Source: a virus
Strand: one strand, 5' to 3'
DNA length: 64,000 nucleotides
Virus record (IMG/VR): IMGVR_UViG_3300045974_000549
Span: 3,499 to 67,498 of that record
Positions 46,800-56,427 of the stretch are shown here, one piece after another. The notes under the pieces were generated by a model. It was not told where the DNA came from. It was given only the letters and a program-made list of their open reading frames with translations, and did no database searches. The position numbers were made by a program, and so were the translations under genes. How positions within the stretch are numbered: the first letter of the stretch is position 1; every line of letters begins with the position of its first letter.

Positions 46800-47382
46800 A
46801 TTTTTCCCTTAAAGCAAATACTCTATCAGAAAACTCTTTGGGGTATTCGGCAAGTTTTTGTTTAGTAAATCTTTTTAAACTCTTTTTAAGATCAGCACCA
46901 GAAATTGCTGATGATTCTAACTCAGAAATGAAATCAATATCTATTTTTAGGTGCCTACGTACTCTCTCTTCATTGGTTTTCTTTTGGTGACAATCACCGC
47001 ATAACTTCTGTAGGTTATCTCTTGAAACAAACATTCTTTTAAAATAAGTGTTAAAATCTATAAATCCTTGTTCTGGATCAACTACTGGTATTATATGGTC
47101 TATTGCTACCTTGTTGCCTTTAGAAGAACGTTTCCATTCCTTACATCCAGTACACAAATGTTCCACCGCATCTACTTTTGCACGAGATCCATCTGAATTG
47201 AATTTAGGAACATGTCTTTTATTTTCCTTCATCATTTCTATTACAAGAGGGGAACGGGAAAATTCACGTCTAATAGCGTTTCTAGTTGACATTATTGGAT
47301 TATAATTTTGAAGTCTTTTTTGATTTCTAAGATGTTTTTCTTCAAGGGTTAAATCACGACTCTTTTTTCTTTTTTTACTCAT
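46786..47382 (-). CDS. HNH endonuclease-family protein
   Basis: 'CTGC...IDHIIPVV...NLQKLCGDCHQKKT'. Confidence 0.8.
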   Translation of the reverse strand: MSKKRKKSRDLTLEEKHLRNQKRLQNYNPIMSTRNAIRREFSRSPLVIEMMKENKRHVPKFNSDGSRAKVDAVEHLCTGCKEWKRSSKGNKVAIDHIIPVVDPEQGFIDFNTYFKRMFVSRDNLQKLCGDCHQKKTNEERVRRHLKIDIDFISELESSAISGADLKKSLKRFTKQKLAEYPKEFSDRVFALREKCGKK

Positions 47383-47879
47383 ATCATCTTAGTCCTACAA
47401 GTTGGTGAAGCACCAATCCTTTTCATTACCTGCAAAACTTTGTTCTCGTAAATTATCCTTTTATGGGGAGTTCTAGTGTTATACACAGACCACCAACACT
47501 TATCATTAGGGTCGGACTCATCCTGTACTAGTTTCAGTATATAGGTACCAGTGCCTATACCACCATTAATAGATAAGAGATCTTCTTTTTTAATACCAAG
47601 TCTTTTGAACCACGACTTATTAACTTGCATTGGACCAAAATCATGTTTTCCTTCAAAATACTTGAATTTGCTTTCTACAAAGATAATAGAAACCACCAAG
47701 TTGGGGTCTAAATTATATATGTCTGAAAACTTGGTTATGGTGTTTGCATACTCAATTGATAGTTTATCAGGAAGTGGTGATAAAGTTATAATTTGTTCAT
47801 ACACCATATGTTCCTTGCTATAAACATATTGGGACGAATGCACCGGAAGTAATAGTATGAAAGCTGTTACCAGTTTCAT
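47379..47879 (-). CDS. Lytic transglycosylase (SLT domain)
   Basis: 'YNLDPNLVVSIIFVESKF', 'DFGPMQVN', 'YN'. Confidence 0.85.
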   Translation of the reverse strand: MKLVTAFILLLPVHSSQYVYSKEHMVYEQIITLSPLPDKLSIEYANTITKFSDIYNLDPNLVVSIIFVESKFKYFEGKHDFGPMQVNKSWFKRLGIKKEDLLSINGGIGTGTYILKLVQDESDPNDKCWWSVYNTRTPHKRIIYENKVLQVMKRIGASPTCRTKMI

Positions 47880-48082
47880 TCATTACCTTTCCCGCCTTGA
47901 ATTACTCCAAATTTAGTAATACGAGCGCAATCCATGTAATTTTGACCAAATTTTTCCTCAATTAAGTCAAACATATCTTGCATTTCTTCTTCAGAAGAAA
48001 ACTCTTTATGAATTATCTCCCCGTTTTCTACTTTGAATTCCACTCTTATTTTCGTTGCTGTGTTCATTTTGTTCCCCTCCAC
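47876..48082 (-). CDS. Hypothetical protein
   Basis: Short ORF in the packed cluster; probable start at the second Met. Confidence 0.5.
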   Translation of the reverse strand: MEGNKMNTATKIRVEFKVENGEIIHKEFSSEEEMQDMFDLIEEKFGQNYMDCARITKFGVIQGGKGNE

Positions 48083-48227
48083 CTAATTCCTCTTCCCAAA
48101 AGTTATCCCAGTGTGAATTCATGTCTTTCGACAATCCTTTATCAAAACAATCTTCACACCAACGATCATGTTCAAGTTGATAAAAAAGTTTTCCACATTC
48201 AGTACATGTAAAACTAGGACCACTCAT
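48006..48227 (-). CDS. Small Zn-finger protein
   Basis: CTEC...CEDC. Confidence 0.5.
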   Translation of the reverse strand: MSGPSFTCTECGKLFYQLEHDRWCEDCFDKGLSKDMNSHWDNFWEEELGGGEQNEHSNENKSGIQSRKRGDNS

Positions 48228-48436
48228 AACTCACCAATATACTCAAGTTCAGGCATTTGAGCTGAAATTTGTTTGGTTATATCAGCAGGTTCACCCATTA
48301 TCATTTTAATACCATCTTCTCTTTCCAAACAAGGTAACATCAAAAATGTAGCTTTATGAAAAATAAAAACACGATCAGCGATTGGGTGATACCAAACAGT
48401 AGCATTTTTATAATCAGCAAAAAAATCCGTAGTCAT
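48224..48436 (-). CDS. Hypothetical protein
   Basis: ATGA-coupled on both sides. Confidence 0.55.
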   Translation of the reverse strand: MTTDFFADYKNATVWYHPIADRVFIFHKATFLMLPCLEREDGIKMIMGEPADITKQISAQMPELEYIGEL

Positions 48437-48834
48437 ATTTTATCCTTATCAATGAAATATTGCTTGGCAGGATTTACTTTCCCACGGTATATCCACTCAC
48501 CGCATTCTCCACACCAATCTCTGTGCATATCTGTGTTTTCTACCAATCTAATTGACGGGTGCTTACACCATTCAGCATCTATTTGTAGTAAGGTATCTTC
48601 TGCAAGTTTTAGTCGGGCTTGAAGTGAATCCAATTTTTCCATTTTGGCACCGCCACGAAGCATTTCACAATGATGAATTAGTTCATCGCGTTCAGCACAA
48701 ACTTCGTCCCAAGCGGTTTTAACTTCACATAACAAAGAATACATATGATCAGCAGAAACATCACCCTCATATTCACTAATCATCATATCAAAGAGTTCTT
48801 TTTGGGTTGGGTTTTCAAAACTCATACACACCAC
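48433..48834 (-). CDS. Hypothetical protein (coiled coil + CxH/CxxC)
   Basis: 'WCKHP...WCGECG'. Confidence 0.55.
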   Translation of the reverse strand: MVCMSFENPTQKELFDMMISEYEGDVSADHMYSLLCEVKTAWDEVCAERDELIHHCEMLRGGAKMEKLDSLQARLKLAEDTLLQIDAEWCKHPSIRLVENTDMHRDWCGECGEWIYRGKVNPAKQYFIDKDKI

Positions 48835-49094
48835 CCACAGCTACCAAAAGAGAGTTTTTGTTCTAATTGTTCACAAACTTCATTATACTCGGTAATGTTG
48901 ATTTTGTATTTATCAAGAATTTCTTGTGTAGCTCTATTAGCTGTAAATTTCATATTACCACAGGCATAATCTTCGGCTTCATCAGGTGAATGGTCATATT
49001 TTTCACCGAAATCTTCATATTCAGCTTCAACACCATTGATTGAAAATTCTTTGGTTGAACACAAAGACCCATACACCTCAAGCTTTAATTCCAT
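48822..49094 (-). CDS. Hypothetical phage protein
   Basis: Acidic; ends in 'GSCGWCV'. Confidence 0.6.
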   Translation of the reverse strand: MELKLEVYGSLCSTKEFSINGVEAEYEDFGEKYDHSPDEAEDYACGNMKFTANRATQEILDKYKINITEYNEVCEQLEQKLSFGSCGWCV

Positions 49095-49097
49095 AAA

Positions 49098-49436
49098 TCA
49101 CCACTCTTCTACACAGTCTTCCCATGGTCTATCAAATTCATCCTGTAAATTGCCATCCCAGATACCACCATTGCCGTCGTCTACATAGTCAATTACACCA
49201 TAGCTGTAATGAATGAGTCCGTTAGCAATTTGTATTGTGTGACTGGGTTTTTTGCATAAAGCCTGTTTTTCTAGGAGTTCACCTATGATTTTACAGGCTT
49301 TTTCTTTTGATAAATTATGTGGTACCCTTCTACCAAATTCTTTAAGCAGATCTACTTGTTTACGGGTAGCCTTAGGTTTCCCAAGTTTAGCTGCTTTCAT
49401 TAGTTTTCTAAAAAGGGCACCATTTTTATCTTGCAT
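49098..49436 (-). CDS. Hypothetical protein
   Basis: 'KATRKQVDLL...LSKEKA..II.EL' small helical motif. Confidence 0.55.
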   Translation of the reverse strand: MQDKNGALFRKLMKAAKLGKPKATRKQVDLLKEFGRRVPHNLSKEKACKIIGELLEKQALCKKPSHTIQIANGLIHYSYGVIDYVDDGNGGIWDGNLQDEFDRPWEDCVEEW

Positions 49437-49441
49437 AACTT

Positions 49442-49777
49442 CTACTCTTTGGTTGTAACCATTATATCCAAACCTTTGAATTCATTTTGGAATTTATTGA
49501 AATTTACCACCTCAATTTTAACGTTGTCAACGCCATATTGCAAAATGGTAGGGGCTTGGTCTTTAGGGATATATCCTATGTGCTCCACTACACCACCCAA
49601 GTTACCAAACAACACCTTTACTGCATTAGGATCAAAAGCGTTATCCGGTTCAGGAACAAGTCTTAAGTCAAATTTAATTTTATCCGCTGGGGTTTTTTGT
49701 AAATCCTCCATTACAGAATTGAATGCATCCTTACGAAAATTGACTCCAACTACTCTACCTCTATATAATGTTTTCAT
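49442..49777 (-). CDS. HIRAN domain protein
   Basis: 'VVGVNFR', 'LVPEPDNAFDPNAVKV', 'HIGYIPK'. Confidence 0.88.
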   Translation of the reverse strand: MKTLYRGRVVGVNFRKDAFNSVMEDLQKTPADKIKFDLRLVPEPDNAFDPNAVKVLFGNLGGVVEHIGYIPKDQAPTILQYGVDNVKIEVVNFNKFQNEFKGLDIMVTTKE

Positions 49778-50022
49778 GTTTTCTCCTTTTCATTGAATCT
49801 TAAATTAGATTTTTCTCTTAAAGTGGCTTCGTTATCTTCCAATTCTTTTATATCTTCTAAGTGCCCATGTTTTTTAAAAGCATCTATCATTCCCTTCTTA
49901 TAACCACGGAAAAAGGTTGATTTTAACATAGACGATAAGTCACCTACTAACCTGTCCAGAAGTTCGTGGTTGGGGGGTATATGGTTCATAAGAGATCCCT
50001 TCATCTGATAGGTAATGTTCAC
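49774..50022 (-). CDS. Hypothetical protein
   Basis: Coupled to the HIRAN gene. Confidence 0.5.
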   Translation of the reverse strand: MNITYQMKGSLMNHIPPNHELLDRLVGDLSSMLKSTFFRGYKKGMIDAFKKHGHLEDIKELEDNEATLREKSNLRFNEKEKT

Positions 50023-50257
50023 ATGAGTTGTGTATTATATGTACTCCAGCGGGTAAAATAACAATAGTATTGGATTTATCCGCATAAACAGGCTCCAACA
50101 CTTTAACTTTTTTGGCTATCTTCCTAGTGCTTGGTCTTCTAATATCCAATTTATCATTATTAAGACAAATGGCACATCTTGTATGTCCAAAATAAGCGTC
50201 TCTCTTTATTGGTAACGCTCTTATTTTCTTTGGGTAATAACGAGATGCTTTATACAT
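49940..50257 (-). CDS. Hypothetical basic protein
   Basis: CAIC...H..C; overlaps the SbcC-like stop. Confidence 0.45.
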   Translation of the reverse strand: MYKASRYYPKKIRALPIKRDAYFGHTRCAICLNNDKLDIRRPSTRKIAKKVKVLEPVYADKSNTIVILPAGVHIIHNSCEHYLSDEGISYEPYTPQPRTSGQVSR

Positions 50258-51911
50258 ATACTACGCTTTTTCCATCAGTTTTTTGTACTTGGATTATAGA
50301 GTCGAATCTACTTTTTAAATCCTGGTTATGGGTAATAACATGAACTGCAGACGAATCAGGAAAAATAACATCTAAAGTATTAACTACAGAATCAATACCT
50401 TCTTGATCTAAGTTTTCAAAAAGTTCATCAAGAACTACCAGGTTAGTTTTATTTCCAGACGCATCCATAAGAAATTTTTGGATAGCCAAAATGATGATAG
50501 AATCAAGCCTTCGTTTTTCACCACCTGATAACTGCTTATATTCAATATCACAACCATCTTTTTCAACATCTATTTCTATACCAGTAGCTTTATCATTAAC
50601 ACGGAGTCCAATTTTAGTATTAGAAAAAATTACTGGTGATATACTAGCTATTGTTTTGGTAACAATATTGATATAATCAACAAGAACTTCGGTCCTAAAT
50701 TTTGATGAAGGTTGTAAAGTAGATGACATCCAGTCAAAATGACTTTTTTCTTTTTCTATTGTTTGGATTTCCGACTGAAGCACATTAACTTCTTCATTTA
50801 GTTTATCAAGACTATTTTTAAGTTGTTCCGCGTCTGTAGATAACGAATAACTAGCAAACTCACTGGATAGCTGAGAAAATTGAGTCTTTAATAACTTTAA
50901 TTGAGTTTTAGCAGAGTTTATGTCTGAATTTTTCTGTGAATGAGCCTTTTGCGTGGCTTCATATCTTAGGTTAATTGAATGCACTGAACTAGATACTGAC
51001 AGCAAAGATTGTTTTATTTCTTCAAATTCTTTTTGTGCTTTATCTTTTTCTTTATATTCCTGCCCACAAGTAGCACAAACTCCAGAAACTAAAGATTCTA
51101 GACTATCAGACCTACTTTGTAAATTATAAAGTTTTTCCTTTTGTGCACTAAGTTCGTTAAACACTGAGGAAGGAGACGCAATTAATGATAATTCACTAGT
51201 CAATGAAGTAATGTTAATTTCAACTGAGGCAATTTCTGATTTAAGGATTTTCATTTTAGATTTGATTAAATCAGATTGCCCCTTGTTGGTAGACTCAAGC
51301 GTTTCAATTTTAGCATGAAGGCTTACCATTTCTTTTTCTTTTTCAGCAAACTTGTCTTGTTTCTCAGATAAAACATTATACAATTCTTTTGATTTTTTAT
51401 CAACTTTTGATTTGTAATTATCCCAAATTGAAAAACCAACAACCCCCTCAAAAACAGACTTTCTAAGAGAAGGGGTAAATTGAGTAAAACTTAGTGGCAA
51501 TCCTTGTAAAACAACACAAGAAGAAATAAAAAGTTCATACGAAATTCCTATGATAGATTCGACTTGAGCATCAACTTCTGTGGCAATACGAGCAGAAATA
51601 TCTGCACCATTACAAAAGAGTTTAACCCCTGATCCACCACGAGTCATTTTAAGTGATCGTTCAACTCTATGTAAAATTCCATCAACTGAAAAATCAACAG
51701 CTACAAACAAATTACCTTGCCCATGAGTTGATGGGTCATTACCACGAATTGATCTTTTATAAAGACACCAAACAAGAGCCTCAAAAATAGAACTTTTTCC
51801 ACTACCATTTAATCCGGTAATTAGATGTTTACCAGGGTTAATAGGGAAGTACATTTCTTCTATCGTGTGAAAATTTTTAACTTCTACCGAATTAAATTTT
51901 AAGTAAGCCAT
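50250..51911 (-). CDS. SbcC/gp46-like recombination ATPase
   Basis: 'GLNGSGKSS', coiled coil with a CATC hook, 'LSGGE', 'VLDE', 'ITH'. Confidence 0.93.
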   Translation of the reverse strand: MAYLKFNSVEVKNFHTIEEMYFPINPGKHLITGLNGSGKSSIFEALVWCLYKRSIRGNDPSTHGQGNLFVAVDFSVDGILHRVERSLKMTRGGSGVKLFCNGADISARIATEVDAQVESIIGISYELFISSCVVLQGLPLSFTQFTPSLRKSVFEGVVGFSIWDNYKSKVDKKSKELYNVLSEKQDKFAEKEKEMVSLHAKIETLESTNKGQSDLIKSKMKILKSEIASVEINITSLTSELSLIASPSSVFNELSAQKEKLYNLQSRSDSLESLVSGVCATCGQEYKEKDKAQKEFEEIKQSLLSVSSSVHSINLRYEATQKAHSQKNSDINSAKTQLKLLKTQFSQLSSEFASYSLSTDAEQLKNSLDKLNEEVNVLQSEIQTIEKEKSHFDWMSSTLQPSSKFRTEVLVDYINIVTKTIASISPVIFSNTKIGLRVNDKATGIEIDVEKDGCDIEYKQLSGGEKRRLDSIIILAIQKFLMDASGNKTNLVVLDELFENLDQEGIDSVVNTLDVIFPDSSAVHVITHNQDLKSRFDSIIQVQKTDGKSVVYV

Positions 51912-51913
51912 TT

Positions 51914-52936
51914 TTATTCCTTAATTACTGAATCTAGAAATTCAACTGCTTCGGGACGGTTGTTACTTGTGTATTTTCTAAGCATTGAAAACGGAGTACC
52001 AAAATTAAGTCTAGTTGGTGTATTTTCATCCATTCCAGTTTCATTCTTTTTGTGAACTGGTATATAAATAAAATCATAACCTTCAAAAATAGATAAATCA
52101 TCAACTTCACACTTTATTTGCAGAATAACATTAAACTTGGGGTCAATTTTTTGTAAATCAATAATATCATCAATTTTTACATAATGATAAGACGCGGTGT
52201 TTGGTAAATGCAAGAATTCATTAGTGGCAGAATCCCACATCAAAACACCACCAACTTTTTCAGTATCATTTCTAGTGAATCTGTTTTGTACCAACGACCC
52301 TGGATAATAAACTGAACCCACTCTTTGTGTAGCATGTAGATCACCACTAACTACTGGAATTGAAAAATTAGCGTCAATTTCGCTTTCTGATTTGAAGCCG
52401 TTTTCGTATTCAGCACTTTTAAAATCTAAATGAGTGACCATGAGATCACACTTTTTTTCCATGATTCTTAAGTCCTTAGTAATTAGATCTTCATCAGAAT
52501 TAAACTGTACAACACCAATTTTAGTAATTTTGTTATCATCTTTTAGTTTGTATACTGTGTTTTCTAACAAAATCGTACCATATCCACCAAGAGTGCAAAT
52601 TGAGTTTATACCAAGTGGTTCATTTTGTACATCATGATTACCCTTAGTAATTACAAATACAGCTCCAACTTCGGCACAAGCGTTTTTAATTCCGGTTAAA
52701 GCCCTATCGGACGCAGTGATTACTGTAGTTGATAACCCCTCTGGTGTGTGGTACAAATCACCAAGCAACATTACCAGTGATGGTTTATACTCTATAATTT
52801 GTTTGGCTACCCATTCAAACCCTATAAGTATGTTATTAAGTTCTCTAGTAAACCCATTCTCTTCAACTTTATTAAATGGTGGGAAACTACCAAAGTCTTT
52901 CAGGTGAGTGTCCGAGAAAAACATTACCTTCGACAT
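51914..52936 (-). CDS. SbcD/gp47-like nuclease
   Basis: 'SDTH', 'LGDLY', 'GNHD', 'TH', 'SGDLH', 'YPGS'. Confidence 0.92.
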   Translation of the reverse strand: MSKVMFFSDTHLKDFGSFPPFNKVEENGFTRELNNILIGFEWVAKQIIEYKPSLVMLLGDLYHTPEGLSTTVITASDRALTGIKNACAEVGAVFVITKGNHDVQNEPLGINSICTLGGYGTILLENTVYKLKDDNKITKIGVVQFNSDEDLITKDLRIMEKKCDLMVTHLDFKSAEYENGFKSESEIDANFSIPVVSGDLHATQRVGSVYYPGSLVQNRFTRNDTEKVGGVLMWDSATNEFLHLPNTASYHYVKIDDIIDLQKIDPKFNVILQIKCEVDDLSIFEGYDFIYIPVHKKNETGMDENTPTRLNFGTPFSMLRKYTSNNRPEAVEFLDSVIKE

Positions 52937-53056
52937 TTATATACCCCTATATTCCTTCAGTTACAAAAATTACCTAAGTTTAAACGGGAATATATAACAA
53001 TTACATAATATATATCCTGTTACAGGGTCTTCAAATATTTGTTACAAACTCTTCAC

Positions 53057-53086
53057 TTGACAAGTTTAATTTTGGTGTGATATAAC
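53057..53086 (+). promoter_or_regulatory. sigma70-type early promoter
   Basis: TTGACA-18-TATAAC with a TG extension. Confidence 0.75.
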
Positions 53087-53110
53087 TAGGTAACTTATCA
53101 CAAAGGAGAT

Positions 53111-53407
53111 ATGAAAATGAACGCTACACAATGGGTTGCCACAGGTAAAACTACCACTCTTAAAGGTAAAGCCCTTGGCACCAACAAAGAGACTTTGAAA
53201 GAAGTTAAGGGAAAACTTAACAAACTAGCAGAAACAGAAAAAATCAAAGCTGGTGAAACATTCCGTGTATCATTGTTACAAGAAGACAAAGTATGTGGTG
53301 CTTGGACTATGAAAGCTAAGATTAAAAAAGTCAAAATTGCTACAGCTAAAAAAGCTTTGAAAAAAGTGGCTAAAGCTAAGACTGCTACCGTTGCTGCTAA
53401 GGCTTAA
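53111..53407 (+). CDS. Highly basic Lys/Ala-rich early protein
   Basis: AAGGAG RBS; histone-H1-like AKK tail. Confidence 0.7.
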   Translation: MKMNATQWVATGKTTTLKGKALGTNKETLKEVKGKLNKLAETEKIKAGETFRVSLLQEDKVCGAWTMKAKIKKVKIATAKKALKKVAKAKTATVAAKA

Positions 53408-53410
53408 TCT

Positions 53411-53716
53411 ATGTGGGTTCTGTTACTAAACGATATGAGATCACCAAAGATTGAAATGATGGATGCGTTTGCAAGGGCAGAATCCAAAGAAGCCTTAGTA
53501 AGTTTTGTCAACAATGAAAAAACTTCCCCTTATGGGGAAGAAAAATGGCAAAAATTTTTCAAAAAAGGTGGGCCACTTGAATGGTGTAACCCGCCGAGTA
53601 TTGATGAAGATTCTTATGTTGATGTTGGTACTTACGAAAAACGCGTAGACATGGAAATTAAAAAATTCACTAAATGGTGGAATGAGAGTGTTTTAGGTCT
53701 CAATGAGGTCAAATGA
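53411..53716 (+). CDS. Hypothetical early protein
   Basis: Packed ORF. Confidence 0.6.
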   Translation: MWVLLLNDMRSPKIEMMDAFARAESKEALVSFVNNEKTSPYGEEKWQKFFKKGGPLEWCNPPSIDEDSYVDVGTYEKRVDMEIKKFTKWWNESVLGLNEVK

Positions 53717-54024
53717 AACCAAGGAAGTGGATTTTAGCTAGAGATCCAGTATTAGGTAGACAGTATGTATTTCCAGAAGGTTACGTATTTTCTGAAGACG
53801 AACCACCTAGTGAAATTATAGATGTTATTGAGTTTAAAGCTTATAAATATCTTGAAGAAGAGCGTGATGCACTAGTTGTTGCTCACGACACTCAATGTAA
53901 AATAGCTATAGAATTTCAAAAGTTGTTCAAAGAGATTGAACCTGAAATGACTAGGCTTGATAATGAAAATAAAAAACTCAAGGAAGATCTAAATAGATAC
54001 AAGGGGACAGAAGAAACTCTGTAA
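53713..54024 (+). CDS. Hypothetical early protein (coiled coil)
   Basis: ATGA-coupled. Confidence 0.6.
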   Translation: MKPRKWILARDPVLGRQYVFPEGYVFSEDEPPSEIIDVIEFKAYKYLEEERDALVVAHDTQCKIAIEFQKLFKEIEPEMTRLDNENKKLKEDLNRYKGTEETL

Positions 54025-54031
54025 TTAGCGC

Positions 54032-54406
54032 ATGTTAAGAGTAGTTGGTGAAGAAAAAATAATAGATGAGCCTCAATCAAAACACGACTTCATTTTTAGG
54101 GGCAAAACTATAAAATTGCTCCTTGAACCTTGTGATTGTGGAGTTAAGGCTCGTTGGGTAATTGAAATGCCTTTTAAGTCTACACTACCCGAATTTTTAC
54201 AAAATATAATTCCTGATCAAGAGGGAAAGAAAACAATTTTTCATACCCTTGATGAGTGGCATTTTCATCCGACTTGGTTTCAAAAATATATACTAAGACA
54301 AAAACTTGAAAAAGAACTCAAAAAATGGGTAAATAAAACCAAAAAAAGATTTGAATCTATTACCAGCAGCGAGAAGAACATAAAACAGCTTATGGATTTG
54401 ATATGA
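54032..54406 (+). CDS. Hypothetical early protein
   Basis: Packed ORF. Confidence 0.6.
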   Translation: MLRVVGEEKIIDEPQSKHDFIFRGKTIKLLLEPCDCGVKARWVIEMPFKSTLPEFLQNIIPDQEGKKTIFHTLDEWHFHPTWFQKYILRQKLEKELKKWVNKTKKRFESITSSEKNIKQLMDLI

Positions 54407-54597
54407 AAAAAATAACTAAATGGTTAAAGGGGTTTTTGTTTGGCAGAGACCCCAATATTTTTGATGAAAATGGGCAGGTTGTACACAAAATTCCAAGACC
54501 TGTGTGGAAAAAATGGGAAGATAGATACAAACAAAACAACTGGCGTGTACACAGTGGAATGAAAAATCACACTCACTCTAATAGCAACAACAAATGA
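54403..54597 (+). CDS. Hypothetical early protein
   Basis: ATGA-coupled on both sides. Confidence 0.55.
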   Translation: MKKITKWLKGFLFGRDPNIFDENGQVVHKIPRPVWKKWEDRYKQNNWRVHSGMKNHTHSNSNNK

Positions 54598-54809
54598 GTA
54601 TAACTAAATTTGTAAAACCAGAATTACTGCAAGCATTTAAAACCGAAATGAAATTCGCTCTTTGTATTGGCAGTGGTGCTGAAGCAAAAATTAGAGTTGA
54701 ACAAGTGTTAGACGAGTATTTAATTTTGCCAGAAAAAGAAAAATTCCTCCTTAAGAAAAAACTACTATGTGAGACTCCGGTGAATGAGTTAGTAGGAATG
54801 CTTGAATAA
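54594..54809 (+). CDS. Hypothetical early protein
   Basis: ATGA-coupled. Confidence 0.55.
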   Translation: MSITKFVKPELLQAFKTEMKFALCIGSGAEAKIRVEQVLDEYLILPEKEKFLLKKKLLCETPVNELVGMLE

Positions 54810-54999
54810 ATACAAACTAAGGAAACCAGACAAACCTTTTGTATACGATCCTTATGTTGAATTCACAATCAAAGTTAGAAAATCCTGGGTTACCAAATTA
54901 GATGAACAAAGAAAACCGTATAAACTAAATAGAAACCAAATTTGTTTACAAATTTTCAAATGGGCTTTATTTCAAGAAGAACATAACAAGGACGACTAA
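54802..54999 (+). CDS. Possible ribbon-helix-helix DNA-binding protein
   Basis: 'VEFTIKVRKSWVTKLDE......NRNQIC' fits RHH spacing. Confidence 0.45.
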   Translation: MNKYKLRKPDKPFVYDPYVEFTIKVRKSWVTKLDEQRKPYKLNRNQICLQIFKWALFQEEHNKDD

Positions 55000-55023
55000 A
55001 ATAACTTTGTAAGAGGGGGAAAC

Positions 55024-55239
55024 ATGCAAAGAAAAAGAGACAGGCTTACTGAAGGTAAAGTAATTGATAAAGTAACCGAACTTCTTGAAATTTTCCCTAA
55101 AGAAAAACAATTGTCCATTCTGTCCTATGTAACTCAAAATTTACGTGAAGAAAAATTAGACATTAGTAAGGTTTCCATCCCTCGGTTTGATAAAACCGGT
55201 AGGATTGTTCCGGACTTTGGAAACGGAAAAACCATCTGA
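55024..55239 (+). CDS. Hypothetical protein
   Basis: GAGGGGG RBS. Confidence 0.55.
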   Translation: MQRKRDRLTEGKVIDKVTELLEIFPKEKQLSILSYVTQNLREEKLDISKVSIPRFDKTGRIVPDFGNGKTI

Positions 55240-55812
55240 TTTTCAATCAATTAAACCCTTCTGGAAGAATTTCTGGAGCATGAGCGGAAGAAAACAAGAG
55301 GGAAAACCTTAGTTTCAAACCGAATTATTAAACCCCTAGTAGGGGGTGAAGGTTATAACCCTTCTGATGTTTTTACAACTCTACCCTTCACTAACCGACC
55401 AAGAGTCTCCAAAGGAACGTTACTTCCTAAAAAGCGAAAAATTCAGTTAGTACATGATGGCTTATAGCCATCTATCGCCAAGTTTGCCCCTACAAGGACC
55501 GTTCAGGAAAATAATAAACCCCTTACACCCAGCACAAGCGTTGGTGAACCGTTTATTAACTTATGTACTTTGTACGAGCAGGTATAGTGATAAAACATAT
55601 CTTCATCCATCCCACCAGAAATTGTTCCACTCTTCCTTGGACTCTTCTTCCTAGTGTTCACCTCGTAAGCTTACCCAAGGACACGTGACAAAAGTATTTG
55701 TTCACCCTCGGTTTTTGCCGTTTTAGTTAGTAGTTCACAAAATGTTTTAACGGATGCCCCAGTATATTAAATAATTGGTTAGCTCTTGCGTTGTTAAAAA
55801 GGAGTACGGCAC

Positions 55813-55841
55813 TTGACAAGGCATATATGCCATGCTATAAT
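55813..55841 (+). promoter_or_regulatory. Consensus sigma70 promoter with palindromic spacer
   Basis: TTGACA-17-TATAAT with a TG extension; spacer contains GGCATATATGCC. Confidence 0.85.
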
Positions 55842-55863
55842 TAAGCTACAGGGGATTTAAGCG

Positions 55864-56163
55864 ATGCTAGGGAAGAAGGATTTTGTCGTAGCTTACGACA
55901 TACAAGGGACATTAGACAGCAAATGGAAAAAAGAATTAACAGACTCAATGAAGATATTTTCTGCTCTTGGATGCAAAATAATGGTTTGGAGCATGGCTGA
56001 TATAGATAGTATTAAAGATTATTGCGAAGCAGCAAAAATTGTTCCGGATATCATGGCAGAAAAACTTGGATGCAAGATAATACCTGATATAGCGTTTGAT
56101 GATTCGATGGAATTTGCTTTTATGTGCAAGCATAAGGGTATTAAAGTAATAACAGTAAAATAA
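55864..56163 (+). CDS. Minimal HAD-fold protein
   Basis: 'AYDIQGTL', 'VWS', 'IAFDD'. Confidence 0.65.
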   Translation: MLGKKDFVVAYDIQGTLDSKWKKELTDSMKIFSALGCKIMVWSMADIDSIKDYCEAAKIVPDIMAEKLGCKIIPDIAFDDSMEFAFMCKHKGIKVITVK

Positions 56164-56178
56164 AAAGGAGACAAGTAT

Positions 56179-56427
56179 ATGCAAATTTTAGAAGTAGAAA
56201 GTTCTAACCTAAAAGGTGTTGGATACGACGAAAAAACTCATACATTAGGGGTTGAATTTAAAAGCGGTAGCAAATACTTTTATGTTGGAGTACCAACATC
56301 GGTTTGGAAGAGATTTGAAGAGGCTCCTTCTAAAGGGCAATTTTTTTCTCAATCAATCAAACCGCACTATGACTTTTTTCAACTAGAAACACCAGTTTTA
56401 GAACAAATTAATGAAGAGAAAAAATGA
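56179..56427 (+). CDS. KTSC domain protein
   Basis: 'VESSNLKGVGYD....TL.VEFKSG..Y.Y.GVP......APSKGQFF...IK'. Confidence 0.92.
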   Translation: MQILEVESSNLKGVGYDEKTHTLGVEFKSGSKYFYVGVPTSVWKRFEEAPSKGQFFSQSIKPHYDFFQLETPVLEQINEEKK

